From positions 31,712 through 95,711 of the forward strand of contig JACREF010000024.1 in the NCBI GenBank assembly GCA_016218365.1: a stretch of DNA of 64,000 nucleotides. The letters run 5' to 3'. Shown one piece after another: positions 23,726 through 36,448 of the stretch. Below the pieces are notes generated by a model. That model made no database searches. It was given only the letters and a program-made list of their open reading frames with translations, and was not told the origin of the DNA. The translations under genes were made by a program, and so were the position numbers. How positions within the stretch are numbered: position 1 is the stretch's first letter; each line of letters starts with the position of its first letter. Source of the stretch: Gammaproteobacteria bacterium (GTDB lineage Bacteria; Pseudomonadota; Gammaproteobacteria; SZUA-140).

Positions 23726-23826
23726 TCCCCAGGCCATCACACCCCGCCGAACCGCTGCCCTGACGAGCCCCGCTCACCCAGTCGGCGGGCGACTTTCGCA
23801 TTTATACATCCTCAATGGCATACTGA

Positions 23827-25557
<1,731 letters not shown>

Positions 25558-25594
25558 CCCGGCATCATCTCCCTTCATACCCGCTGGAGGCCCC

Positions 25595-28003
25595 ATGCGC
25601 TACACCCGTCGTTTCAATGAACTGAACATCGGTGACATACCGCTGGTCGGAGGCAAAAACGCCTCGCTGGGTGAGATGTACAATGCGCTGGCCGGCCATG
25701 GCATCCATGTCCCCAACGGCTTTGCGATCACCGCCGACGGTTACCGCAACTTCATTGAACACAACCAGCTCGGCGACAAGGTCCGCAATGAACTGGCACG
25801 GCTGCAGGTCGATGACACTCATGCACTGAACAGAAGCGGGGCACGCATCCGCGAATGGATCAGCAATGGCGAGATGCCCTCCGGCCTGGTTGATGAAGTC
25901 GTCGCACTGTACCGGGAACTGGAGGCTGAATACGGCGAGGAGGTCGATGTTGCGGTACGCAGCTCGGCCACCGCCGAAGATCTGCCGACGGCATCGTTCG
26001 CCGGCCAGCAGGACACCTATCTGAATATCCGCGGCATCCGCAACCTGCTCGCCACCTGCCGCCAGGTGTTTGCATCGCTGTTTACCGACCGCGCAATCTC
26101 GTATCGCCATCATCAGGGCTTTGACCACCTCGATGTCGCCTTGTCCATTGGCGTCCAGAAGATGGCGCGCGCCGATCATGGCTGTTCCGGCGTGATGTTC
26201 ACCCTCGACACCGAGAGCGGGTTCCGTGATGTGGTGTTCATCACCGCCGCGTATGGCCTGGGTGAAAACATCGTCCAGGGCAAGGTCAATCCGGATGAGT
26301 TCTATGTCTTCAAACCAACACTGGCCCGGGGGTTTCGACCGATCCTGAAGCGTCAGCGCGGTGACAAGGCGATCAAGATGATCTATACCCATGACGCCGT
26401 GGCCGGCATGTCAACCCGCAATGTCCGGGTACAGCGCGAGGATCGAGAACGCTTTGCAATCTCCGATGACGAGGTGCTGGAGCTGGCGCGCATCGCCGTC
26501 GTTATCGAACAACATTATTCGCAACAGGCCGGGACTGACCGACCGATGGACATCGAGTGGGCCAAGGATGGAAAAAGTGGCCAGCTGTTCATCGTCCAGG
26601 CACGGCCCGAGACCGTACAGGTCAACCGCAGCGCCACGACCCAGCAGATATATTCACTTAAAACACGCGGTGAGGTGATCGCAACTGGCAAGAGTGTCGG
26701 CAAAAAGATTGCCAGCGGTCGGGCACGCGTGATCCTCGAGGCCTCACAGATGCATGAGCTGCAACGCGGAGAGGTTCTGGTCACCGACATCACTGACCCG
26801 GACTGGGAGCCGGTGATGAAACTGGCCTCAGCGCTGGTCACCAACCGTGGCGGCCGTACCTGTCACGCAGCAATCATCGCCCGTGAACTGGGCATCCCAG
26901 CCGTGGTTGGCTGTGAAACCGCTACCCATGCCATCACCAACGGTCAAGCCATCACGGTATCCTGTGCCGAGGGTGACACTGGCCTTGTCTTCAATGGCCA
27001 GTTGCCGATCGACATCAAGGAGATCAATCTGCGCCTGACTCACAAACCCGCCACCAAGATCATGCTGAATATCGGCAACCCGGAACAGGCCTTCGAGGCA
27101 TCACAACTGCCGGCCGACGGTGTCGGACTGGCGCGTCTGGAATTCATTATCAACAACAGCATCCGCATCCACCCGCGGGCGCTACTGGAATATGCGCAAC
27201 AGGATGAGGCCACCCGCCACCAGATCGATGCGATCTGGGCCGGCTACCCTGATCCGCAGAGTTTTTACATCAAGCGCCTAGCCGAAGGTGTCGGCACCAT
27301 TGCCGCAGCCTTTTTCCCCCGCCCGGTGATCGTCCGCATGGGCGACTTCAAATCCAATGAATATGCATCGCTGATCGGTGGCGCCCGTTATGAACCGGCC
27401 GAGGAGAATCCGATGATCGGTTTTCGCGGTGCCGGGCGCTATTTCTCGCCATCCTTTGCCGAGGCCTTCCGGCTGGAATGTGCCGCGATGAAACGGGCCC
27501 GCGAATACATGGGACTGGATAACATAGCCCTGATGATCCCGTTCGTGCGCACCGTTGACGAAGGGGTCAATGTATTGAGGCTGATGGAAAAGGAAGGACT
27601 GCGGCGTGGCGACAATGGCCTAAAGATCTATATGATGTGCGAGATTCCGTCCAATGCGCTGCTCGCCGATGCCTTCCTCGAACACTTTGACGGCTTTTCA
27701 ATCGGCTCCAACGACCTGACCCAGCTGACCCTGGGGGCTGATCGTGATTCCGGGCTGATCACCGGCTTTGATGAACGCAACCCGGCTGTCAAGATGCTGG
27801 TCGAGATGGCGATCAAGGCCTGCAAGCGGCACAACAAATATATCGGCATCTGCGGTCAGGCGCCGTCCGACTATCCGGAACTGACCGCCTGGCTGGTCGA
27901 GCAGGGCATAGAGTCAATATCCCTGAATCCTGACTCAGTACTGCCAATGATACAGGTGGTTATAGAAGAGGAAAAAAGACTGGCGCACACACGCAGCAGG
28001 TAG
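25595..28003 (+). CDS. ppsA: Phosphoenolpyruvate synthase (pyruvate, water dikinase)
   Basis: MRYTRRFNELNIGDIPLVGGKNASLGEMYN and GGRTCHAAIIARELGIPAVVG (phosphohistidine domain) are present. The length is 802 aa. Confidence 0.95.
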   Translation: MRYTRRFNELNIGDIPLVGGKNASLGEMYNALAGHGIHVPNGFAITADGYRNFIEHNQLGDKVRNELARLQVDDTHALNRSGARIREWISNGEMPSGLVDEVVALYRELEAEYGEEVDVAVRSSATAEDLPTASFAGQQDTYLNIRGIRNLLATCRQVFASLFTDRAISYRHHQGFDHLDVALSIGVQKMARADHGCSGVMFTLDTESGFRDVVFITAAYGLGENIVQGKVNPDEFYVFKPTLARGFRPILKRQRGDKAIKMIYTHDAVAGMSTRNVRVQREDRERFAISDDEVLELARIAVVIEQHYSQQAGTDRPMDIEWAKDGKSGQLFIVQARPETVQVNRSATTQQIYSLKTRGEVIATGKSVGKKIASGRARVILEASQMHELQRGEVLVTDITDPDWEPVMKLASALVTNRGGRTCHAAIIARELGIPAVVGCETATHAITNGQAITVSCAEGDTGLVFNGQLPIDIKEINLRLTHKPATKIMLNIGNPEQAFEASQLPADGVGLARLEFIINNSIRIHPRALLEYAQQDEATRHQIDAIWAGYPDPQSFYIKRLAEGVGTIAAAFFPRPVIVRMGDFKSNEYASLIGGARYEPAEENPMIGFRGAGRYFSPSFAEAFRLECAAMKRAREYMGLDNIALMIPFVRTVDEGVNVLRLMEKEGLRRGDNGLKIYMMCEIPSNALLADAFLEHFDGFSIGSNDLTQLTLGADRDSGLITGFDERNPAVKMLVEMAIKACKRHNKYIGICGQAPSDYPELTAWLVEQGIESISLNPDSVLPMIQVVIEEEKRLAHTRSR

Positions 28004-28011
28004 TTACGGCC

Positions 28012-28215
28012 TCAGCCGTCACGCTCTTCGATCCACGCCATCTGGATCGCCTCGAGGATCCGCTCACCGCAGCGGGCGACATCATCATCAAACCCGTCCA
28101 GCGCCACGATCCAATCACGCAACTCGACAAAATTCACACGTAACGGGTCAGCATCAGGGTGCGCATCCTCGAGCGCCAGCACTATCTCCAGGGTATCGAT
28201 CCACTTCATCGTCAT
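28012..28215 (-). CDS. iscX: Fe-S assembly protein IscX
   Basis: MTMKWIDTLEIVLALEDAHPD... matches IscX/YfhJ. It is the terminal gene of the isc operon. Confidence 0.85.
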   Translation of the reverse strand: MTMKWIDTLEIVLALEDAHPDADPLRVNFVELRDWIVALDGFDDDVARCGERILEAIQMAWIEERDG

Positions 28216-28237
28216 ACTCCATCCCCGCGGGGGAAAG

Positions 28238-28576
28238 TCACTTGCCCTCGGATACCTGATTAATCGTGTAGCGTGGGATCTCGACCACCAGGTCCCGATC
28301 CTGTACTACGGCCTGACAGGCCAGCCGCGAGTCTGGATCAACGCCCCAGGCCTTGTCCAGCATGTCTTCTTCCGCATCACTGGCCTGCGGCAACGAATTG
28401 CGGCCTTCACGCACCCAAACATGACAAGTGGTGCAGGCACAAGACTTCTCGCAGGCATGCTCAATATCTATGCCATGTTCAAGTGCCGCATCCAGAACTG
28501 TCGTGCCAGCCCTGATCTCCAGCACCTCACCGGCCGGACATAGGGTCTCATGAGGGAGAATGATCAGCTTTGGCAT
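28238..28576 (-). CDS. fdx: [2Fe-2S] ferredoxin of the ISC system
   Basis: The cysteine pattern CEKSCACTTCHV fits adrenodoxin-type Fdx. The length is 112 aa. Confidence 0.9.
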   Translation of the reverse strand: MPKLIILPHETLCPAGEVLEIRAGTTVLDAALEHGIDIEHACEKSCACTTCHVWVREGRNSLPQASDAEEDMLDKAWGVDPDSRLACQAVVQDRDLVVEIPRYTINQVSEGK

Positions 28577-28579
28577 CGA

Positions 28580-30457
28580 TCACTGTCCCGAAAATTCATC
28601 AACGCGATGGCCGGAAAGCGCAGCATTGATTGCGACATCCATACGCCGCTCAGCCAGCGACGCCGCGGTCCGCTCCAATTGATCCATGGCCCGGGTAATG
28701 GCATCAACATCCACTGAATTGTACAGTGCCTCTAGTCTGCTCAGTGCGCTCTGCAATTCATGCTGCTCCTGTGAACTCAGCAACTGCCGACCACCCTGCT
28801 GGTAGGCTGCCGTTACCGCCTCGATAGATCGCGCCGCCTCGACCTGAACCTCGCGTAACTTGCGCGCCCCGACATCTTCGGACGCATGAGCCATCGAATC
28901 TCGCAGCATCCGTTCGATCTCACCATCAGATAAGCCATAGGAAGGTTTGACGATCACACTGCTCTCGACACCCCGGGTCTGTTCCCGTGCACTGACACCC
29001 AGCAGACCGTCGGCATCAACCTGGAAGGTGACCTGGATACGGGCAGCGCCAGCCACCATCGGTGGAATACCATGTAATTCAAAGCGTGCCAATGAACGAT
29101 TATCCTGCACCAGTTCACGCTCACCCTGTAGCACATGGATTGCCATAGCGGTCTGCCCGTCCTTGAAGGTGGTGAACTCCTGGCTGCGCGCCGCCGGGAT
29201 CGGCGTATTACGCAGTATCACCTTCTCCATCAGGCCACCCATGGTCTCAATTCCCAGTGACAATGGCAGCACATCGAGCAACAACATATCATCATCACGC
29301 TTGTTACCCACCAGGATATCGGCCTGGATCGCAGCGCCGATCGCTACCACACGATCCGGATCAATATCGACATGTGGGGGACGGCCAAAAAACCCGCCAA
29401 TACGTTCACGCACTCGAGGGATACGGGTCGAGCCACCGACCATGACCACCTCGGCAATCTGTGATGGATCCAGTCCCGCATCACGCAACACCCGCTGACA
29501 GGGCACTAATGTCCGGTCAATCAACGGATCGATCAACCGCTCGAATTCCCGGCGCCTCAGCTTCCCCTGCCATGCCGTGCCATCGGGCCGGGCAATATCC
29601 AGCCCCACTATATTGTTGGTGCTCAGCAGTTCCTTGACCCGCTTGCCGGCACGCAGCAGCCGCCGTTGCAAACGATCATCGATATCGCTACCCAGAGCGG
29701 CGTTTGCCACGATCCACTCAGCGAGCAACCCGTCAATATCATCTCCACCCAGTGCGGTGTCGCCGGCAGTGGCCAGCACCTCGAACACCCCGCGGGAGAA
29801 TCTCAGGATCGAGACATCAAAGGTGCCGCCACCGAGATCATAGATCACATAGACACCCTGTTCGCGCTGATCCAGACCATAGGCCACCGCTGCAGCCGTC
29901 GGCTCATTCAGCAGGCGCAACACATTCAAGCCGGCGAGCCGCGCCGCATCCTTGGTCGCCTGACGCTGAGCATCATCGAAATAGGCCGGCACGGTGATCA
30001 CTACACCGTCCAGCTCTCCACCCAATTTGGCCCGGGCACGCTGCGCCAATGACTTTAGGATCTCGGCAGAAACCTCGATGGCCGTCACCTCACCCGCTGC
30101 AGTGACAATCCTGGGCGTAGTACCTGGCTGAGCTGAAAAACGATAGCGCAACTGGTTGCCCTGGTGGCGGATATCTTCCAGGCTGCGCCCCATCAAACGC
30201 TTGACCGAGACCACGGTATTGAATGGGTCCTCAACGCTGGCGGCGTAGGCCTGCGCGCCAACCTGTACTTCGGCGGTGGTGTATCTGACTACCGAAGGCA
30301 GCAGATGTTCGCCGTCACTATCGGCCAATGTTTCACACCGTCCACCCCGGGTTATGGCGATCAGGGAATTGGTGGTGCCCAGATCGATCCCTGCTGCACG
30401 GCGTACCGCGTGTGGCGCGCGTGATTGTCCTGGTTCACTGATCTGGAGTAGTGCCAT
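28580..30457 (-). CDS. hscA: Fe-S cluster assembly chaperone HscA (Hsp70 family)
   Basis: [15 protein letters not shown]... is the Hsp70 N-terminus. The length is 625 aa, and the stop overlaps the hscB start. Confidence 0.95.
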   Translation of the reverse strand: MALLQISEPGQSRAPHAVRRAAGIDLGTTNSLIAITRGGRCETLADSDGEHLLPSVVRYTTAEVQVGAQAYAASVEDPFNTVVSVKRLMGRSLEDIRHQGNQLRYRFSAQPGTTPRIVTAAGEVTAIEVSAEILKSLAQRARAKLGGELDGVVITVPAYFDDAQRQATKDAARLAGLNVLRLLNEPTAAAVAYGLDQREQGVYVIYDLGGGTFDVSILRFSRGVFEVLATAGDTALGGDDIDGLLAEWIVANAALGSDIDDRLQRRLLRAGKRVKELLSTNNIVGLDIARPDGTAWQGKLRRREFERLIDPLIDRTLVPCQRVLRDAGLDPSQIAEVVMVGGSTRIPRVRERIGGFFGRPPHVDIDPDRVVAIGAAIQADILVGNKRDDDMLLLDVLPLSLGIETMGGLMEKVILRNTPIPAARSQEFTTFKDGQTAMAIHVLQGERELVQDNRSLARFELHGIPPMVAGAARIQVTFQVDADGLLGVSAREQTRGVESSVIVKPSYGLSDGEIERMLRDSMAHASEDVGARKLREVQVEAARSIEAVTAAYQQGGRQLLSSQEQHELQSALSRLEALYNSVDVDAITRAMDQLERTAASLAERRMDVAINAALSGHRVDEFSGQ

Positions 30458-30966
30458 TACAGGGTCTCTTCCCGCCGATCTAGCTCTTCGAGCAAACGAT
30501 ACATGAACTGCAACTTGTTATACAGGACATGCAACCCCGCCAGATCACCTGCATGATGAACATCAGCCGCCTGCGAAAACAACATCGCGCAGGCCTGGCT
30601 TAGACTCTGACGTATCCGCTGCAGTTCAATCCGATCATGCGCAGCCGCCAGCTCTTCACGCAATTCGATCTGCTGCCCAAGAAATTCGCCGTCCAGTGCT
30701 GCGGTGGCTGAGGAAACGTCGACACCGGCAATCTCCAGCAGGGAGCGCAGACGGGTAAGTGGAGCCTTCAGAGACTGGTAGGCCTGATTGACGCGCGCTG
30801 ACATCTGCATCGCTATCCGGCGCTGCGCATCACCGCTACTGGCAAACCGGTCAGGGTGCACGGCCTGCTGTAACATCCGGTAACGCCGGCTCAGGTCATC
30901 CAGATCTATATCCAGTGCAGGAGGGATATCGAATAACTCGAAATCGTTTTTGGCGAGCCGCGACAT
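30457..30966 (-). CDS. hscB: Co-chaperone HscB (J-domain)
   Basis: [35 protein letters not shown] is the HscB J-domain with HPD. Confidence 0.9.
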   Translation of the reverse strand: MSRLAKNDFELFDIPPALDIDLDDLSRRYRMLQQAVHPDRFASSGDAQRRIAMQMSARVNQAYQSLKAPLTRLRSLLEIAGVDVSSATAALDGEFLGQQIELREELAAAHDRIELQRIRQSLSQACAMLFSQAADVHHAGDLAGLHVLYNKLQFMYRLLEELDRREETL

Positions 30967-30974
30967 GACTGCGG

Positions 30975-31298
30975 TCAGACACTAAAACTTTCGCCGCACC
31001 CGCAGCTGTCCTTGACATTCGGATTATTGAACTTGAAGCCTTCGTTCAGCCCTTCACGGGTGAAATCCACCTCGGTACCATCCAGATACAGCAGGCTCTT
31101 CGGATCGGTGATTACCTTGACATCATGCTGTTCGAACACCACATCATCCGCCGCAATCTCGTCACATACCTCAAGCACATAGGCCATACCGGAACATCCG
31201 GAGGTCCGGACGCCCAGCCGCAGGCCTACACCTCGTCCCCGAGTGCTCAGAAAGGACTTGACGCGCTGGGCGGCATTTTCGGTCAGTGTAATCGTCAC
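30975..31298 (-). CDS. iscA: Iron-sulfur cluster insertion protein IscA
   Basis: [15 protein letters not shown]...[11 protein letters not shown]...[14 protein letters not shown] are A-type carrier motifs. Confidence 0.9.
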   Translation of the reverse strand: MTITLTENAAQRVKSFLSTRGRGVGLRLGVRTSGCSGMAYVLEVCDEIAADDVVFEQHDVKVITDPKSLLYLDGTEVDFTREGLNEGFKFNNPNVKDSCGCGESFSV

Positions 31299-31316
31299 GT
31301 AACGTTTCCTCTTGGC

Positions 31317-31736
31317 TCAGCCAGCAGCCACGTCCGGCTTGGTCGTGCCGGCCCCCTGCAGCATCTTGCTCTGATAATCCTTGATCGCAGCGCGGATGGC
31401 GTCCTCCGCCAGCACTGAACAGTGGATCTTGACCGGTGGCAGCGCCAGCTCAGCGGCGATGTCGGTATTCTTGATCTCAAGCGCCTGCTCCAGCGTCTTG
31501 CCCTTGACCCATTCGGTCAGCAATGAACTCGATGCGATCGCCGAACCACAGCCATAGGTCTTGAATTTCGCCTCTTCAATGACACCCTGGTCATTGACCT
31601 TGATCTGAAGCTTCATCACATCCCCGCACGCCGGGGCGCCCACCATACCGGTGCCAACATGGGTGTCATGAGGATTAAAAGAACCGACATTCCGTGGATT
31701 CTCGTAGTGATCCAGGACTTTTTCACTGTAGGCCAT
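31317..31736 (-). CDS. iscU: Fe-S cluster scaffold IscU
   Basis: MAYSEKVLDHYENPRNVGSF...GAPACGDVMKLQIKV...YGCGSAIASSS are IscU motifs. Confidence 0.95.
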   Translation of the reverse strand: MAYSEKVLDHYENPRNVGSFNPHDTHVGTGMVGAPACGDVMKLQIKVNDQGVIEEAKFKTYGCGSAIASSSLLTEWVKGKTLEQALEIKNTDIAAELALPPVKIHCSVLAEDAIRAAIKDYQSKMLQGAGTTKPDVAAG

Positions 31737-31783
31737 GTCTTTAACTCCTTGCTAAATTAATGTGGGACCAGGGTCACACGTTT

Positions 31784-32998
31784 TCAATGGGCAACCCACT
31801 GCACCTTGGCAAGATCAATACCGTCTTTGTACATATCCCACAGCGGAGACAATTCACGCAGGCGGCTGATACTGTCACGCACCGCCTTGATCGTGTAATC
31901 AATCTCTTCTTCTGTGGTAAAACGTCCTATCGAGAAGCGAATCGAGCTGTGCGCCAACTCATCTGGACGACCAATGGCGCGCAGCACATAAGATGGCTCC
32001 AGACTCGACGAGGTACAGGCCGAGCCACTGGACACCGCCAATGATTTCAGCGCCATGATCAGCGACTCACCTTCAACATAATTGAAACTGACATTCAGGT
32101 TGCCGGGGATTCGTCGCTCCAGGTCACCATTCAGATATACCTCTTCCATTTCACGCAACCCATTCCACAGCCGGTTACGCAATTTCTGGATCTTGGCGCC
32201 CTCTTCCCGCATCTCCTCCCTGGCAATGCGGAAGGCCTCACCCATGCCGACAATCTGATGGGTGGGCAGGGTACCGGAACGCATGCCGCGCTCATGGCCA
32301 CCGCCATGCAGCTGCGCCTCGATACGCACCCGTGGCTTGCGCCGCACATACAGGGCACCTATGCCCTTGGGACCATAGATCTTGTGTGCTGACAGCGACA
32401 GCAGATCGATCTTCATCCGCTCCATATCGATCTCAACCTTGCCGGCACTCTGCGCCGCATCACTGTGAAACAGGATGCCGCGGCTGCGACACAACTCACC
32501 AATCGCAGCAACGTCCTGGATCACCCCGATCTCGTTATTGACGTGCATGATGGACACCAGAATGGTATCGCTGCGCAAGGCAGCCTCCAGCTTCTTCAGG
32601 TCAATCAGTCCGTTGGGTTCAGGATCCAGGTAGGTGACCTCATATCCTTCGCGTTCCAGCTGGCGACAGGTATCCAGCACCGCCTTGTGTTCTGTCTTGC
32701 AGGTTACGATATGGCGACCATTCTTTTTGTAAAAATGTGCCACCCCCTTTATCGCAAGATTATCGGACTCCGTTGCACCTGAGGTCCAGACGATCTCTTT
32801 TGGATCGGCATTGATCAGTGCCGCCACCTGGTTACGTGCGACATCGATCGCGTCTTCCGCCTTCCAGCCGAATACATGTGAACGCGACGCCGCATTACCA
32901 AATACGCCATCCAGCGTCAGGCACTGCATCATCTTGTCGGCAACCCGCGGGTCGACCGGCGTGGTCGCTGCATAATCAAGATAAATCGGCAATTTCAT
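31784..32998 (-). CDS. iscS: Cysteine desulfurase IscS
   Basis: [23 protein letters not shown]...[21 protein letters not shown] is the group-I desulfurase active-site loop. Confidence 0.95.
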   Translation of the reverse strand: MKLPIYLDYAATTPVDPRVADKMMQCLTLDGVFGNAASRSHVFGWKAEDAIDVARNQVAALINADPKEIVWTSGATESDNLAIKGVAHFYKKNGRHIVTCKTEHKAVLDTCRQLEREGYEVTYLDPEPNGLIDLKKLEAALRSDTILVSIMHVNNEIGVIQDVAAIGELCRSRGILFHSDAAQSAGKVEIDMERMKIDLLSLSAHKIYGPKGIGALYVRRKPRVRIEAQLHGGGHERGMRSGTLPTHQIVGMGEAFRIAREEMREEGAKIQKLRNRLWNGLREMEEVYLNGDLERRIPGNLNVSFNYVEGESLIMALKSLAVSSGSACTSSSLEPSYVLRAIGRPDELAHSSIRFSIGRFTTEEEIDYTIKAVRDSISRLRELSPLWDMYKDGIDLAKVQWVAH

Positions 32999-33017
32999 TC
33001 TTCAACCTCAATAAAAT

Positions 33018-34172
33018 CTATGCCCACGAACCCAGTGACCGAGACAGAAATCCCGAAGTCTGTTGTGCCAGCACTGCAATCAGCTGCTCAACATCCTGCG
33101 TGGTGTTACCTCGACCAAGGCTGACCCGTATTGCGCTGCGCGCCATTTCCTCATCAACGCCCATCGCCAGCAATACATGACTCGGTGCGCGACCACTGTG
33201 ACTGTCGCAAGCCGAGCCACTCGACACCGCGATCCCGGCCTCGTTCAATGCCAGCACCAGGGCCTCGCCATCATAGCCGGCTACACCGAACAACACCGTG
33301 TTTGGCAGTCGCTCAGCATATCGCCCAAACACCGTCACCCCAGGCAGCGTGGCCAGTCCTGATTCCAGCCTGTCCCGCAGCACACGAAGACTGCTCTCGT
33401 ATCCAAACTTCAATCCCGCAGCTGCCAGCTCCGCGGCGGCGCCAAATCCGACGATGCCCGCAACATTTTCCGTGCCACTGCGTAAGCCCGCCTCCTGCCC
33501 GCCACCTCGCAGCAGTGGCTCGATCTCCACTGCGCGATCAATGATCAGGGCACCAACTCCCTTTGGTCCGTTCAACTTGTGGGCCGAGAGACTCATCAAC
33601 TGTGCACCGGTCGCGGCAAAATCTATCGCCACCTTGCCAGCAACCTGCACGGCATCAGTATGCAGGATCGCCCCCATCTGTCGCGCCTGCTCAGCAACCA
33701 GCACCATGTCCTGGACCGTCCCGGTCTCATTATTTGCCATCATCACAGACACCAACGCAGTATCCGTCCTGACCCCGGCCTGTAATGACTCTGCCACTAC
33801 CCGTCCCTGCGCATCCACATCGATGCTCCGCACGTTCACACCATCCGCCTGCAGCGACCGTGCCGTCTGCAGCACCGAGGCGTGTTCGATCGCACTGATT
33901 GCCAGCGTCCGCCCCCTAGCCAGTCGTCTCATGCCCTGCAAGGCAAGATTGTTGGCCTCGGTACCGCCACTGGTAAACACCACCTGTGCCGGCGACACAT
34001 TTACCAGTGCCGCAACCTGGATCCGCGCCTGATCAATGGCCGACCTGGCAACACGTCCGGCACGATGGACACTGGAAGAATTGCCATGATGCAGACGCAA
34101 ATAGGGCATCATTGCTGCCAACACCTGCTGATCAAGTGGCGTCGTGGCGTTATGGTCCAGATAGATCGTCAT
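33018..34172 (-). CDS. Second class-V aminotransferase / NifS-like cysteine desulfurase located between iscS and iscR
   Basis: MTIYLDHNATTPLDQQVLAAMMPYL...HGNSSSVHRAG...SSGSACDSHSGRAPSHVLLAMG carries PLP-Lys and active-site Cys motifs like IscS/NifS. Confidence 0.8.
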   Translation of the reverse strand: MTIYLDHNATTPLDQQVLAAMMPYLRLHHGNSSSVHRAGRVARSAIDQARIQVAALVNVSPAQVVFTSGGTEANNLALQGMRRLARGRTLAISAIEHASVLQTARSLQADGVNVRSIDVDAQGRVVAESLQAGVRTDTALVSVMMANNETGTVQDMVLVAEQARQMGAILHTDAVQVAGKVAIDFAATGAQLMSLSAHKLNGPKGVGALIIDRAVEIEPLLRGGGQEAGLRSGTENVAGIVGFGAAAELAAAGLKFGYESSLRVLRDRLESGLATLPGVTVFGRYAERLPNTVLFGVAGYDGEALVLALNEAGIAVSSGSACDSHSGRAPSHVLLAMGVDEEMARSAIRVSLGRGNTTQDVEQLIAVLAQQTSGFLSRSLGSWA

Positions 34173-34206
34173 GGCATCATGAGACCCGCAGGTGCCGGCC
34201 AGCCGC

Positions 34207-34683
34207 TTACTGTACAGCTGCGATCGGGATCACTGGCTTGTGCTTAACCAAGGCATCCTGACGCCCGGAAATCTCCTGGACAGCGCGGTGCTCCACCAGA
34301 TTGCCCAGGCTGATTCCCTCTAGGAACTTATAGATCTGCTTGCTCAGATCACACCACAGATCATGGGTCAGGCACGGTTCTCCGTCCTGACAATCTCCCT
34401 TGCCATCGCAGCGGGTCACACTGACCTTCTCGTCAATCGCAGTGATCACTTGTGCAATATCGATATCAACAGCGGCACGGCTTAACTGGTAACCGCCGCC
34501 GGGGCCGCGCGCACTGATTACCAGCCCACTGCGGCGCAGTTTGGAAAATAATTGTTCAAGATACGACAGCGATATTCCCTGACGCGTTGAAATGTCGGCC
34601 AATGGTACCGGGCCATCATTGGCATGCAGCGCCAGATCCAGCATTGCGGTTACAGCATAACGACCTTTGGTTGTCAGTCTCAT
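34207..34683 (-). CDS. iscR: Fe-S cluster regulator IscR (Rrf2 family)
   Basis: [19 protein letters not shown] is an Rrf2 HTH. The Cys ligands are in [13 protein letters not shown]. Confidence 0.9.
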   Translation of the reverse strand: MRLTTKGRYAVTAMLDLALHANDGPVPLADISTRQGISLSYLEQLFSKLRRSGLVISARGPGGGYQLSRAAVDIDIAQVITAIDEKVSVTRCDGKGDCQDGEPCLTHDLWCDLSKQIYKFLEGISLGNLVEHRAVQEISGRQDALVKHKPVIPIAAVQ

Positions 34684-34727
34684 GGCAGCGATCTCACTGA
34701 GGTTGTGGCTGGTATAGGCTATTTTAC

Positions 34728-34752
34728 AATTCTGAGTGTTTTAGTCAACTAT
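34728..34752 (-). promoter_or_regulatory. IscR type-1 binding site in the iscR promoter (autoregulation)
   Basis: The minus strand reads ATAGTTGACTAAAACACTCAGAATT, which is close to the E. coli type-1 consensus ATASYYGACTRwwwYAGTCRRSTAT. It lies 45-70 nt upstream of the iscR ATG. Confidence 0.5.
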
Positions 34753-34793
34753 AAAATAATTCTGATTAACCGCATCTATTATAAGACGACTTG

Positions 34794-35570
34794 TCAATTT
34801 TGCTCTGTTATATTATTTTTTTCAATAGAATCAACCTTATATATATCAAGCTCTGGTAGCGGCTTTTCGCTGAGCTCCAGACCATGCTGGCGTAGCGCCT
34901 GACGCATCTCATCAACCCGCCCGTCCATCGCATGCATATGATCCAATAAGCAATTCACAGCATGTGCCACAGGATCAGGCATATCCTGGGTTGCTCCATA
35001 AGCATCAAAACCGATCTTTTTGGCAAAGGCCTTGCGTTGCGCATCCTGACCCTGCAGTGGTAGCGAGACCACCCGACCGGGCACCCCTACAACCGTCGCA
35101 CCGTCAGGCACGTCCTTTACCACCACCGCATTGGACCCCACCCTGGCATTATCACCCAACCGGATCGGGCCCAGCACCTTGGCCCCGGCACCGATTACGA
35201 CATTATTGCCTAGCGTAGGGTGACGCTTGCCGTGCTCCCAACTGGTCCCGCCCAGCGTGACCCCGTGATACAGCGTACAATCGTCACCGATCTCGGCAGT
35301 CTCTCCGATCACCACGCCCATACCATGATCAATGAAAAAGCGCCGGCCGATGCGTGCCGCCGGATGGATCTCGATGCCCGTCAACCAGCGCGCCACCAGT
35401 GACAGCCAGCGCGCCAACCATTTCAGACCAATACCCCACAGCCGATGGGTGATCCGGTGCATGATCAAGGCATGCACCCCCGGATAGGTGGTCAGCACCT
35501 CAAAGGCATTGCGCGCAGCCGGATCACGGTCTAGCACGCAAGACACATCTTCTCGTAAACGTTTAAACAT
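34794..35570 (-). CDS. cysE: Serine O-acetyltransferase
   Basis: The N-terminal SATase helical domain is followed by the hexapeptide-repeat region ([49 protein letters not shown]). Confidence 0.9.
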   Translation of the reverse strand: MFKRLREDVSCVLDRDPAARNAFEVLTTYPGVHALIMHRITHRLWGIGLKWLARWLSLVARWLTGIEIHPAARIGRRFFIDHGMGVVIGETAEIGDDCTLYHGVTLGGTSWEHGKRHPTLGNNVVIGAGAKVLGPIRLGDNARVGSNAVVVKDVPDGATVVGVPGRVVSLPLQGQDAQRKAFAKKIGFDAYGATQDMPDPVAHAVNCLLDHMHAMDGRVDEMRQALRQHGLELSEKPLPELDIYKVDSIEKNNITEQN

Positions 35571-35588
35571 AGTGTGTTGACTTTTCCA

Positions 35589-36347
35589 TTAGGCGTCTCT
35601 GCGCCAGTGATTCCTGCCAGCACCTGCGGCACTCATCGCACCCAATATCCCGCGCAGGATGTTGATCTCGTTCTTGTCAGGCCGGACCCGTCCATACAGA
35701 CGACGCAACCGGTGCATCAGGTTTCTGGGCTGCTGCAGATCGAGAAAATCAAGCTCCACCAGCACCTGTTCCAGGTGGCAATAAAACAATTCCATCTCGC
35801 CGGCGGTAGCATATTCACCGGCCACCTCGCTCAGTGGCAACTCCTCGGCATCAACACTGCTGGCAACGAAGACCTCATAGGCCATGACCTGTACCGCCGC
35901 TGCAATATTCAAAGACGAAAAATCGTCACGGGTTGGTATCCGCACGTGGACATGGCAACGCCCCAACTCGTCATTTGAAAGACCTGAATGTTCACAGCCA
36001 AATACCAGGGCTACCGGTGCAGCCCCCCTGGCCTCCGCCACCAACTGCCCGGCACATTGCCGTGGCGTCACGGTGGGCCAGTCGATGGTGCGCGATCGTG
36101 CGCTGGTACCGGCGACCCAGACACATTCTGCTACCGCCTCATCGAGGGTCTCGCATACACGGGCATATTGCAGGATATCATCCGCCCCTGACGACATCGC
36201 AAATGATTCGGCATTCGGCAGCACCTTGGGGCGCACCAGCATCAGATGGGATAGCCCCATGGTCTTCATGGCACGGGCAGCGGCCCCGATGTTTCCGGGA
36301 TGGGTGGTACCTACCAGTATAATGTGTATACGATCCAGCATCGGCAT
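35589..36347 (-). CDS. trmJ: tRNA (cytidine/uridine-2'-O)-methyltransferase TrmJ (SpoU family)
   Basis: IHIILVGTTHPGNIGAAARAMKTMGL...VAGTSARSRT...ALVFGCEHSGLSNDEL...SLNIAAAVQVMAYEV parallels E. coli TrmJ. The start is at ATG 36347 or 36341. Confidence 0.85.
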   Translation of the reverse strand: MPMLDRIHIILVGTTHPGNIGAAARAMKTMGLSHLMLVRPKVLPNAESFAMSSGADDILQYARVCETLDEAVAECVWVAGTSARSRTIDWPTVTPRQCAGQLVAEARGAAPVALVFGCEHSGLSNDELGRCHVHVRIPTRDDFSSLNIAAAVQVMAYEVFVASSVDAEELPLSEVAGEYATAGEMELFYCHLEQVLVELDFLDLQQPRNLMHRLRRLYGRVRPDKNEINILRGILGAMSAAGAGRNHWRRDA

Positions 36348-36448
36348 AGCATAGCGGCTGACATGGTCCGGCAACAAGGAACAACCGTGCCCAAAGGTGC
36401 TGATTCTGGTATCATTCCGCGTCCCCAGCCACAACCGGTACCCGCCTG

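Noticed and set aside
25565-26392. 275-aa - strand ORF
   Set aside because: It is antisense to the 5' part of ppsA.
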